Under the pieces are notes generated by a model that had not been told where the DNA came from, ran no database searches, and worked only from the letters and a program-made list of their open reading frames with translations. A program made the translations under genes and the position numbers. Source: the human T2T-CHM13v2.0 reference genome, Homo sapiens. Taken from it: a stretch of 64,000 bases of DNA. Shown here piece by piece: positions 1 through 12,700 of this stretch. Positions within the stretch are counted from its first letter, which is position 1. The number at the start of each line of letters is the position of its first letter. The DNA lies in the NCBI RefSeq assembly GCF_009914755.1, contig NC_060926.1. One strand, 5' to 3'.

Positions 1-1183
1 AAAAAAAAAGATGTTAAAGATAGGGGTCAATTTCTTTGTTTCCCAGAGACAGGCTTTTCATATCAAATCTGATAGAACACATGCTTCAGAAGGGAGCAGA
101 AAACTCAGCTAACTGGTATAATTATGTAACTCAAATGGTCATATTGAGAGGGTTAAACTTTGGCAATAGAATGTGGAAATACAAAGTTCAATGAAGTTGT
201 AGGAATTTAACTGAAAAGAAATTACTTATCAGCATTTTGATGGGGAATAAACAAACAAAAGAAACAAATTGGTCCTTTCAAAGTTGGGTGGAAAGAATGT
301 TCCTGAAGCCTTCCTTAGTAATCACCGTCATTGAGAGGCCCTGAGGACTCGTATCTGTAGTAATTGATACCTAGTCCTCATGCTCAAGGAGGAAGACAAC
401 TGGTATTTATGGGCTTGTCAAGAAAGGAATTAGTTGGAATTCCTTTTTCTACTCCATCTTTCACTAGTCTTTATTGAGCCAAGTTTATTGTAAGTTAGGG
501 GTGAATCATACAGATACCTTTACTCTTTCAATATGTTAAGAAAACAATTGGGATGAAAAGAGAATCTGATATTTTAAACACCAAGCAATGTGTTTTATTT
601 GGCTGGGAATACAGTCTTATGGGCAATCACTGTATATTTATCTGTTTGCTTGTTTATTTGGAAGTCCTACCAGTGGAGTAAAGCTCCTCATCTATTGAGC
701 TCTGATCTTCTTCCACTGAACAGATAGAAAGGAAAGGCCTTAGACAGAATTATAATAAAGGTGTATGAGGCAACTCAGGCTCAACCAGAAAGATCAGCCA
801 ATCAACTCTGAAAACCAACAAAGATGCAAGTTGCACAGAGCAATACTCCTCCTAATATTTTTCTTACGTTCATAATATGGGTGGATTAATAATTTTTCTG
901 TGTTGTAATATATTCATAATACAAGCGGATTAACTCAGATTAAAATGCTCTATATCTGGTGAATGAGGGAAGACAAAATAGGCCCTAAAAATGGGAATGC
1001 TTATTTAGGGAACAAACAAAGATGACGTAAACTCTAAAAAGCTGGAGTACTCAGAGCAAGAACTCAGTTCACACATTCACATCACAGACATTTGTAGGGG
1101 AGTTGCTTTGTGCATGCACTGTTTTAAGCACTGGAGTTAAAGAGACTCCAAATGTTATCAATTCCACATTAACAAAGAGAGTT

Positions 1184-1756
1184 TGTTACTGGAAGGGGCT
1201 CCCAATCCAGACTCCAAGACAGGGTTCTTGGACCTCGCGCAAGAAAGAATCTGAGGTGAGTCCACAGAGTAAAGCAAAAGCAAGATTATTAAGGAAGTAA
1301 AGGAATAAAAGAATAGCTACTCCATAGAGCCGTTCTGAGGGCTGCTGGTTGGCTATTTTTATTGTCGTTTCTTGATTATATGCTAAACAAGGTGGGGCTT
1401 ATTCATTAGTTTTCAAGGAAAGAGGTGAGCAATTCCCGGAACTTTTTAGAACATGCTAAAGGACATACTAAAAGACATTTAGCATGCTGATGCATTATAG
1501 TTAGTGTATAAGGAGCAGTAAGGACGACCAAAGGTCACTTTCATTGCCATCTTGGTTTTGGTGGGATTTGGCTGGCTTCTTTACCACATCCTTTTATCAG
1601 CAAGGTCTTTGTGACCTATACCTTGTACTGACCTCCTATCTCATCCTGTGACTAAGAATATCTTAAACTCTTGGGATTGCAGCCCCAGAGGTTTTATCCT
1701 TATTTTACCCAGCCGCTATTCAAGATGGAGTTGCTCTGGTTCAAACACCTCTGACA
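1184..1756 (-). mobile_element. MER41 (MER41B-like) ERV1 solo LTR with internal deletion
   Basis: Reverse complement of the right end reads tgtcagaggtgtttgaaccagagcaactccatcttgaat, the MER41 5' end; left end tgttactgg matches the LTR 3' end; TG...CA termini. Confidence 0.88.
1412..1441. promoter_or_regulatory. Tandem GAS (STAT) motifs within MER41
   Basis: TTCAAGGAA at 1412-1420 and TTCCCGGAA at 1433-1441 both fit TTCN3GAA; function not shown. Confidence 0.55.
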
Positions 1757-2259
1757 TTTATGGTCAAATTTTAGGTAGCTATTTCCCATTCTCTAACAAG
1801 TTGATTTAATTTAAAGATGATTATACACATGATGAAATACTGTTAAAATATTCCTGCTTGATTTTATTAACAAAACGAATATAGTATTTTGATCTAATTT
1901 ACATGTCTAGCTCATATTGAATTTTTTAAGAAATTTCGCATTTACATTAGGTCCAAACTCTCATCTATGGAGTATTAAGTAGCGCCATGACCACAGTCCA
2001 CCAAAGTGTTTAAAAGGAAAAAAGTTTAATAAATCAAAATGCTCCAATCTTGAGTCCTGGTGTCTTTTTTTAAAATCCCAAATGGTCTGGAGGCTGACAT
2101 TATTTCCTGGCTGGCCCTAGGAGGGAGGATCTGTCACTTGTTAGTAATAGACACAGAGTTAAATGACCTGGAGACCTGCCATTAGGAAGCAAATACTACC
2201 CATTATTTAAGTCCAGAGGAGGGCAGCTCACCTGAGTATCCAGCTGCACTGTAATAATG

Positions 2260-2440
2260 ACGAATCTGGGTGGTAGAGCCAGAAGCCTCAGCTTAAATCC
2301 TGACGCTGCCAGAACCTACATTTGGCTTATGCAAAATTTCCTCAAAGACTGGCAGTGAGGGCTAAATAACTTAGCCCCTGAAAGTTCTCAGAATAGTGTC
2401 TGGAGTATAGTAAGTTTTCATTAAATGTTGGCTATTAACA
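2260..2440 (+). mobile_element. MIR fragment
   Basis: Degenerate MIR-like text: agagccagaagcc..aaatcctgacgctgcc and 3' end cagaatagtgtctgg..tagtaag..taaatgttggctatta. Confidence 0.5.
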
Positions 2441-3199
2441 TTGAGACTTCTGTTAGACCAAATATAACAGTCCATACAACTTGCAGAATATTGAAAACAA
2501 AATGGTAAACATATAAATGACAGAGGGCAACTTAATTGGAGGTTGTAGAGAAATATTTAGAATCATTAAAAATGAAATCATTTTGAATTTTCTATTGTGT
2601 TACATACTAAAATTAACATTAGGAAACAATGTGAAGTAAAGGTGTAGAGTGAAATGGCTAAACTTATTTTCATAAAGTGAAAGCATTTCCCTTCCAAAAA
2701 GAAAAAAATTGTAATCAATCTATATATATTAGTATCAGTATGAATTAAAAAAATAAAATTTTGTATTCACCATGAGCTGTTCTAAGCATGTAGCATGTAT
2801 TTTCTCATCTTCAAGACATGTTATATGTTAATAATTTTATATTCATTTACAGAGGAGGAAACACAGATATTTAGTTTTGGAGTCTAGATTATAACTTCAG
2901 CAGTCTAAATCAGAACACATTCTATTATACCTTTTATAGGCTTTGTATAATTTTCCTTTTGTAACTTGCCTTTAAGTTTTATTTGTTATTATATATAAGT
3001 AATTATGTTATTAAATTGTGTACATGTGTTTTGAAAGACAGAGATTTGTGCAGATATAATGCATGTATGTCTATAGTATATAAAAATAAATTTTAAGGGG
3101 CATATTGACAGATGGAAAAAGCATAAATGTCAAAGAAAGTTGATTTAGAAATTAATATATAATAAAAATTAAACTAGCATTTATTAATTTAACAGATGG

Positions 3200-4450
3200 T
3201 GAGTTAAAAAGTAAAAACAAAATCTCGAATCGTAACTTGATTTTTACAATTAGTGTGATTATTTCACAAACTTATTCAAAAGTTTGCTATTTTCTTGTTC
3301 TATTTAAAAGAAAAAAGCTCCCATCTCAAAGTTTCCACCAAATAATTTACTACTTTCATTTAACAGATTCTGTTCAGAAATCTGCATATGTACAAATGAG
3401 CACCAGAATATAAAATTTAATCATAGACCAACATCCAAAAAATTATAGTGGATGTAGGTGAGGCATGCTAGCTCATGCCTGTAACCCCAGCACTTTAGGA
3501 GATAGAGACTAGAGGATCACTTGAGGCCAAAAGTTAAAGACCAGCCTAGCCAACATAGTAAGACCCAGTCTCCACAAAAAATAAAATACAAAACAATTAG
3601 CTGGACATGGTAGCATGCACCTGTAGTCCCAGGAGGCTGAGGGAACTTACTTGAGCCCAGGAGTTTGAGGTTACAGTGATTATGCCACTGCACTCCAGCC
3701 TGGGCAACAGAGTGAAACCCTGTGTTGTTTTTTTTTAATATATATATATTTATGATGTAAAACTATATTTTACATATTTATATTGTTGACTAATATATAT
3801 TATAATTTATACTATAAATACAAATATTGGACATTGTTTTTAAATACCCACAGTATTTATTATTAACTATATACTAAATCCACAAAATTATACATGCAAA
3901 AATTATTTTAAAATGTGATCTGTGTAAGATATAAAAAATTGATAACAAGAAATTAACAAAATACCCCAAGTACCTTATTAATTTAAAAATTTTCTGTCAA
4001 TTGCTTTTGTCTTAAGGATAAATCCAATATCAAATTTAATAGTATGCAACCAAAATAATATTCAGAGGCAAATGCATAGTATTAAATGTTTTTAATATTA
4101 AAGAAGTAAAACAATTACATAAGAAATATTTTAGGTTAACTAAACATAACTAAAGAAATCTGAGGTTAGAAATGATAAAATAAAGAAAAATCAATCACAT
4201 GTAAAACAAAAAAATATTATTGCACTAAAAGTTATTTGGAAAGTAGTCTCTTAGGAATGAAATAAAAATAACTCTGAAAATCTAATTTTAGAGAACATAA
4301 AGAAACTAGAAGGACATAAGAAAAACTAGAATATTTGAACATACATCTTCAAAATCTCCCTCAAAAAGGTCCCAGGTCTAAAGATTTACTAGTGAATGAT
4401 GTTAATCTTCTAACTGGTAATTTTCATGTCATTTGAAAGCACACAAATAA
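3200..4450 (+). mobile_element. Highly decayed ancient L1 (L1M) ORF2 remnant, interrupted by an Alu
   Basis: A-rich; aaaaggtcccaggtctaaagatttactagtgaat at about 4365-4398 resembles the L1 ORF2 KSPGPDGFTGEF-coding segment. Boundaries approximate. Confidence 0.45.
3457..3724 (+). mobile_element. AluJ-like SINE
   Basis: Dimeric Alu with cacttgaggcc, ttgagcccaggagtttgaggttacagtga; highly diverged. Confidence 0.9.
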
Positions 4451-7207
4451 TCAGTGAGTAAAATTTTCAAATACTCAAGTAATGATCAAGGAACTGAAAA
4501 ATAAAGCAACAGACACATGCCAACACCGCTGTGTCTGCAGCTATAGTGAACGGCATCAGGATGGTCTGAAGGCACTTGAAATCTAAGTAGGACCAGAGCT
4601 TTGACCCTTGTTTTCCAGGAAATTCCTTCAGGGAGACAGTTACTGAGACCTGCGCAATGACTCTGCGCACTACCTGCAGTGTGTTCAGAGACCATTTAAA
4701 GGGAAGGAGATTCCTGCTGAAGGGCCGGTGATCATGGGCCAGAGGAAAGAAAAATCTGAAAGTTCTTCGTGTCCTTGACATTTGAAAATGGACTCTTCAA
4801 ATGGGGAACTTGAGAACTCTGGCTCTTGTCAATTAAGATCATTAAGATAGACATCATTCGGATGAATAGTTTAGTGAGGAGAAAATTTATTCCCTCCTTT
4901 ATAATGTTTTCCTCTCCTTTGCTAATGAACCATTACATTTTGCTTTGAAGTTATGACTCAGCTGTTTTGACATTTTCATAGTGACCAAATATGCCAAAAT
5001 AGAGCAATTTTTTTGGAAGAAAATATTTGCAATACTTGGATTGTGATCAGCTTGAGGTAATATATGTAAAAAATGGTAAACTTGTCATAATGCTTAGGGT
5101 CACCTGACCTCTTAAATGTAGCTGTTTGGTACATGATACTAATTTTTTTTCTTCTTAATTTAAGCAACTGACTAGAACTTCTTTAGTCTCAGTGAGGTCA
5201 TGCTCTCAAAAGGCATATTGCCAGCTGGTCTCAATGCTTGGAGGCATAGTTGTAAATTTTTATACAGCACCTTAAGAGTTTTTAAGGTTGCTAGTGGCTT
5301 CAATTAAAGACCACATTTAATAGATTAACAAGGGATGCCAGATTAAGACTTGAAAACTTTAAGCAAGTCACAGTGAATTTAAGAAAGTTGCAGTGGGGTA
5401 TAGGAAATAGAATGATTTGAGTAGCTAATGAAAAAGAGTTGCAAAGATTTGTTTTTGCCAGCATCCAATCCAAGTTTTAGGATCAAGGTACCACTATCTG
5501 ATTAAAATGCCAAAATGGTGCATCTGGTTAAATGGGGGGTGGGGGGAAGGATGCTTTATTTGCCTTGTTTCCCATCCTTCTCAGTAACATTTCTAATCAC
5601 AAAGATGATTAGCTCTATCATTTAAAAATAAAACTAAAGTAAGAAAGTGGCATATTAATAGTTTTCATAAATCTTATCAACTACTATATTTCATTGCATC
5701 ATAATCATGTAGATATAAAAGCATGTGTGTGCCCACTCAGGGGTGTATATAAGTATTTTATCTGTATTGCATACCTATGCTTTCTGTATACAATATTTGG
5801 AAATACACACTGAAAGCCTTAGAAATATGTGTACTCTTAATTTTTTAAAAAAAAGATTGTACTCCTCAAACGATTTCAGTTCTTAAAATCCATTCAAAGA
5901 AAACTAAAAGTCTGAATTGAAGTGTTTTTTGATCATAGTGAAAAATTTGAAATAATCTACCTGTCCAACAGTGGGCCTTTGTTTAAAAAATCATGGTGTA
6001 TCCCTATGATGGTATATATGTAATCAAAAACATTTAAGTTTTCAAAGAAAATTGTGGAAGCATAATTCTAAGTATGAAGCATACTTAGAATAAACGTGCA
6101 TAATGTGAAGTATGGGAGAGGGATACAAAACTTGTTTGATATGAAGTATTAAAGCAGAGGCCTGGTCTGCTTGGCCAGAGATGCATCCCTGCATAAAGTA
6201 AGGGCTCATTAAATATCTGTTAAATAAGTGAATGAGTATAGGATGTAAAAGAAAAATAGCAACAGCAACTCTAAGTAATACAGTGATCATGGGTTTACTT
6301 TGTTTTCTTCTCTAGTCTCCCTCCCTAAGTCTTCTAAATTTTCCATAATAAATGTTTGTTTCCAATATCAGAAATAGTATAAAATATAGCACAATTGTGA
6401 TGGATGATGAGCAAGATTATTAGTGGAAATATATCTCACAAAGTGTGTACTATGTTTTGCCCATGAATATTTGGCTCTTCTCTTCTGAAATTCAAAACTC
6501 TGAGGTTTGCTCACACGAATTTTTTTCCCCACACTTCACCAGCCCTTGACATGTGACTACAATATGTATTTTTTGCTACTAGTTTTATTCATTTCATTTT
6601 ATCCTCTGCATTCTTGAAGGCATGAATGACAGACATCTGGAAAATATATATATATCTAGACACTGAAAACATAATTTCTTATCAAAGAGCTGGAATATAA
6701 ACATCTAGAAGACAAAGTATCTGAATAATGTTAAATTAGAATCTTTATTTTATACTAACCAGATCTCAAATATGAAGCACAAATTGTGGTTTATTGCTTG
6801 ATATGTAATTGCATTAGGGTTATCATTCTTTTTAATATCATTTTTTCCCTCAGTTGGATTTTATCCAAGAAGTGATATAATGTGCTAGGAAGACTTTACC
6901 TAAACTTTGATGCTTTTAAACAACATGTATGTGGGACTCCTCCTCTCTTTGATAAGAAGAAAATGGGAAAATGAAGAGAAAGCTGAAACATTACCATTTT
7001 AGGGGAAACTTAGGAAAGGAACCCAGAGTGGGCAGCTTCCAGGGGCAGTTTCACCATTCTTGTCAGAAGGGAACAGACACATAGAATGTAAATAACATAC
7101 CCAATATTGACTATGGGAATAGAGGCCCCTTCTGCCTTCCTTTTATTTGAAGTAAAATGTTTGCCCCTTCCTCAGGCTTCAAATTGCTTAGAGCATCTAG
7201 AAGACTT

Positions 7208-7508
7208 GGCTGGGCATGGTGGCGCACGCCTGTAATCCCAACACTTTGAGAGGCCAAAGCAGATGGATCGCCTCGGGTCAGGAGTTTGAGACCAGCCTGG
7301 CCAACATGGTGAAACCCTGTCTGTACTAAAAATATAAAAATTAGCCAGGCACGGTGGCGCACACCTGTAATCCCAGCTACTCGGGATGCTGAGGCAGGAG
7401 AATCGCTTGAATCCAGGAGACAGAAGTTGCAGTCGCACCACTGCATTCTAGCCTGGGCTACAGAATGAGACTCTGTCTCTCAAAAAAAAAAAAAAAAAAA
7501 AAAAAAAA
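7208..7508 (+). mobile_element. AluS SINE
   Basis: ggctgggcatggtggcgcacgcctgtaatccc through gagactctgtctc plus long poly-A. Confidence 0.95.
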
Positions 7509-8088
7509 CAGAACTCAAGCCCACCTTTACATTAAAATCCTTAAACAATTTCTTTTGATGTGGCGTATTCTATTAGACTACTCTTATACGTTGAACACAA
7601 CTGTGGGGTAGTGAAGTTGTGATGTAGAAACTCTGTTTCCTTGAACTTAGTGCTAACTTTAGGGAGCACAGATATTAACATTTCTTCATTTGGGCTAAAT
7701 GTTATAAGAACAATATAAACACTAGAGGATTTTAGCTTCACCACCATTCGAGAAAATTGGTTTTACTCCCACCATTAAAAGGAAGCAATCTAAAGTAAAG
7801 GAATCGATCTATAAGTGTAAGAACAACAGCAAATTTATCAGGAAAATGTTTAAACAGACAAATTAACCATTTTTCAGTGTCCATTTTCTTCATTATGACC
7901 AAGGATATCCTTGACTGTAAAGAAAAATTCAATTATTTGCCAAACCGTAGGTGCTAATCCTGTTTCTGCAGTTGTCTGTAAATAGAATTCCCCTTTGCAG
8001 TGCCGTTTTCTGCATGGTACCTTAAACAAATAGGTCTTAGCAATAGTTCCAATAGGATTGGAGGTTCACCATTAAAAATAGACTTATC

Positions 8089-8369
8089 GGCCTGCTGCTG
8101 TGGCTCATGCCTGTAATCCCAGCACTTTGGGAGGCAGAGTAAGGCTGATCGCTTGAGCAGCCTGGGCAACATGGCAAAACCCCATCTCTACAAAAAATAC
8201 AAAAATTAGCCGGGAATGGTGGTGCGCAGCTACTCGGAGTAGTTCCAGCTACTCAGGAGGCTGAGGTGGGAGGATGACTTGAGCCTGGGAGGCGGAGGTT
8301 ACAGTGAGTCAAGGTCATGCCTCTGCACTCCAGCCTGGGCAATAGAGCCAGAACTTGTCTCAATAAAAT
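8089..8369 (+). mobile_element. AluJ-like SINE with small internal deletion
   Basis: Alu body flanked by TSD aaaatagacttat at 8075-8087 and 8370-8382. Confidence 0.93.
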
Positions 8370-8975
8370 AAAATAGACTTATTACCAGGTGCACATGATA
8401 TGTAAAGTTGGTTGTGTAAAGTAAATAAAGTAAACTATAATTGATAGGCCATCTCCATTCTGCTGGGAATTGTTGTGTTCACTTGTTTCTAAAATTTTAT
8501 TTTTGTGGTGGAAGTTTGCCTCTACAAAAATGACAGCTTACAGTTTTAAACTATTGGGGAAAAAAAATAAAACTAAAAGACTACAAAGAAGAAATGATTC
8601 CTGACCATTAAGTCTTCTGCAATGCCATGATAGCAAAAAAAAGGCACAAAGTTTTACTGAAGGTTAGATACACCTCACATTCCCAGTAGATATTTACAGA
8701 ATCTCATACATCTATTCATTCAATAAGTGTGACACTGTCCTATGCACTGGAGATACAATAAACAAAATAGATGAGCGTCCTTCTCCAAAAATGTCTCACA
8801 TATGAGGGAATGCTAACCTTAAAATCAAAGCCATGTGCATTGAGTGTTGAAAGGTAACCAAGACTATACCTAACCAACCTACTTTTACAAAAGACAAAAG
8901 TTAGACCAAACAGTCATTGTAGAATCACTCTGGGTTCAACAGAGAAGCAGTACTACTACTAGTAAGATGTAGTAA

Positions 8976-9027
8976 GATGGATGGATGGATGGATGGATGG
9001 ATGGACAGACGGACAGACAGACAGACA
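8976..9027. repeat. Compound (GATG)n(GACA)n microsatellite
   Basis: Seen directly. Confidence 0.95.
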
Positions 9028-9168
9028 AAAAGATTTTTCCAGTTGCAGGAGCTTGCTATGCAAGTCTGAAGTTCATAAAGAAACAGTTAGAAAGGGAAGA
9101 CACAAAGTAGGCTGGAACTCCCAAGGCAGAGGCTATTTGGGGTCTCTGAGCTTAGGGAATATCTAAAC

Positions 9169-9396
9169 CAGGCTTGCTTGTCCAACCTGCAGCCCCTAGT
9201 CCTCCTGTGGCCCAGGATGGCTTTGAATGCAGCCCAACACAAATTCATAAACTTTCTTGAAACATGAGATATTTTTGTGATTTTTTTATTTTTAGCTCAT
9301 CAACTATTGTTAGTGTTAGTGTATTTTATGTGTGGCCCAAGACAATTATTCTTCTTCCAGTGTGGCCCAGGGAGCCAAATATACTGGAAAACTCTG
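9169..9396 (-). mobile_element. MER30 hAT-Charlie MITE
   Basis: tgttagtgttagtgtattttatgtgtggcccaagacaatt..cttcttccagtgtggcccaggg is the reverse complement of the MER30 consensus. Confidence 0.88.
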
Positions 9397-9430
9397 ATAA
9401 GCCCACTCCTAGGTAGCTCACCTGGCCTAG

Positions 9431-9757
<327 letters not shown>

Positions 9758-12700
9758 AAGATGTCTTATAGATAGGGGTGTCTATAATAAATCAGAACAG
9801 GCCAGTTGCAACCTTTTTATCTAACCATCCATCCAGCTATCCTACATCTTACTGGTAGTGGTACTGCTTCTCTGTTGAACCCAGGATGATTATACAATGC
9901 CTTTTTGGTCTAAATTTTGCCTTTTGTAAAATAATATACCTTCTGATTAACTTAAAGTCTGATTATTAGAGACTTTAATTTCCTCTAAAAATTTCTTCAC
10001 AGCACCACCTAAATTGGTGTGTGATTGAATGACTAGGCTATATAGTTCACCCTAGCTAGGTTGACATATTAAAAAGCCATTACAGGCACATTCACTTGCC
10101 CAGTGTCACACAGCTGTCAAGTGGCTGGAACTAAAACTGACTCATTTCCTCCCCAGTTCATTCTGTGATGGGCATACCTATCCAACATTCACACCCTCCA
10201 TTCTCCTGTTCTTGAAGACATCTCCATTCAACAGTAAAATGTTGCTTTCAACTACCTCTTACCCTCTTTTCAAAGAACAAGATTATAAAATGACCTGTAA
10301 TAGTTGGCATGTCTATAAATTTAATTATATTTTAGTCAAAACCACTCATTTAGCTTTGAATTGGTAAGGCTGATGACAAAGCCAGTTTGGCTAGAACTTC
10401 TAGAGTCTCGGAAAAAATAGGCTATTTTTCTATAAGAAATAAGGTAACCTATTTATTAAATTGATAGAGAATCAAGGTCAATAATTCTTTATTCCATTTT
10501 ATTTATTTTAATAGTGACCTAGTAAAGTAGATATAACTTGATAGAAATAAAGAATAGACTGAAAATATAATCTTATGGAAAACAGGTGTCTAGCCTTGGA
10601 GAAACAGAACAAATTACATTAGCGATTTAAGACATACAACAACATATCCTAAAAAGAATTCTTATTAACATGGCAAACATTGCCTTAAAAAGCATAAATA
10701 AATAAATAAATCCTCTGTATATTCATGTAAATTTGGAAAACTATGCTTAGTCTTGCCAGACAAGTTATTTATATTACTAAATATAAATGACAGAAATTTC
10801 TATGACAAATTCTAGTCAAGACAAACTTCTGTTGCAGTGAAAATGATGTAATCAAGCCGTTTTGCCTCTTTACTTGCTGATAGTCAAAACATCTCAAGAA
10901 GTTTGTGTTGGAGGATAATGACATTTCCAGAGATTTCTATTATAGGCTGTACCCTCATAATTTTTTTGTTCTAATTTTGTCTTTATCATAGGTAATCATG
11001 ATATTAAAATTCTATCACTATTCTTTGGATTCCTACATTCCCTTAAAGCTTTTTATTGGAAAATTTTGCTTTATCTTACATAAAAATCTTTTTCATCTTA
11101 TATAAGGCAATTACGTCGTTTTTCACAATCAAATATTTATTATAACAAGTTTTATTTTTTAAACTTAAAAAACACCCTTCTTTTAAAATAGTTCCTCACA
11201 TGAATAAAATTGTTTCACTCTTTAAGTGTTGAGACTGAAAGCCTTTCTCCCATCAGTCTCTCAAAATGTTTCTATTATTCCTCCCTTTTAACCCATTGCT
11301 ATTTTCTTTCCTTCTTCCTTAGGTCTCCTTAACCTCCTCCTGTTTTTTATTTTCTCTGGTTTTCCATTAACATTTTAAAATACACTTTAATGAGCCTCAG
11401 CCAAAGGCTCTAAGATGAACAAAAGCCTGGAGAAGAGAATCAAGAGAGGGAGGACAAGAAGGAAAAGAGGAATAGTGGGCACTGCTCTCAGTTTTAAACG
11501 AATTTCTGTGGCTGGCTCTCACTTTTATAGCTGGACCTGAATGCTACAGCACTTACTAAGGCCACTAAATCATAGCAAAGTAAGGGTCTGGCTATTAAGA
11601 ATTGGACCGTCCTTAAATCAGGGATTATTACTGTAATCTTTACATTTAAATATTACATATATGGGCTATTGAAAATGTAGCAAATCTGCTCACTGAAGGC
11701 CTTTACTCTGTTGATATCTGCATTTTCAGGGTATAACTGGCAGTCCTTTTAAATATCTGTTGTATTTATTTTAGCATAAAGGTAATGCTTTGTATTTTTT
11801 TCCAGTTTAGAAATCCAAATGCTAATATATACATGCATATATTACATGAAAAAAGCATAAAATACTTGAAAACATAATTACCTTTTAGATGCTAATAAAG
11901 CAAGAAAAAATATAAGTTTTTTTTTTCTTTTCATCACTACTTTTTGACATGTCGGCCAATAAAAATCAACTAAAGTTTACCTTCTGTTATATTAGCATCA
12001 GTGACTTTCTAATTTGCTTCACTTTCTCCATTTGTGCTTAGGTATGACACTTTTTGCAATTCCAAATTCACATCACCTCTCTAGTTCCTCTCTTCCAAAA
12101 AGACAAAAAGTCCCTTGCATGGGTTGGATACTCTATGTCTCTGTTTAGGGATTCATTTAACAGATACCCCAGCACTGCCAGTAAACAAACGGATGCCTTG
12201 AACAGTGATGGTTTACAATGGAGACTGACTTCTTTCTTTATTTCCCTGCATTCCAAAATTTTTTTTTTTTATTTTCTTTGTAGTTTGCCTTTGTCACATT
12301 GGCATGCAGGGTGAGCTCGGGTCCCAGCAAATATCCCCAGGATGGTAAAATTAGTCCAGAAGAGAAGTTTTATTTTGATTGGCTATTGTATTTTCAGTCT
12401 GTCATGGTTCTCTACTTCTATATAGGAGGACAAATTATTTGGGCCAAACAATACAATGTGGTTTGGAAACAATTGGCTTTTATGGGCACAATCTTATTCT
12501 TTCCATATCCATTTTTTTAAAAATTGTGAAAATCAAGCCAATTTTTTTTTCAGAACTATGCAATTTCCCAAGACTCATGGAAAAGACAGCTTGGGTTGAA
12601 TTTTTTTTTTCAATTTCTGCTTATGGGGAAAAAGAGTTGGTTGTATAAATCAGCATATATATTTGTCCAAGCATTCATACATTGTGTTTGGAGTATTAGT

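Noticed and set aside
4467-4781. 104-aa minus-strand ORF as a processed pseudogene
   Set aside because: No recognisable homologue, poly-A tail or TSD.
7111-7446. Alu-derived ORFs here and at about 30345, 36120, 36915, 38105, 38755-39291, 48531-49131, 56061 and 63218
   Set aside because: Classic Alu translations (SWDYR, LLPQPPE, GLELLTS); no evidence of coding function.
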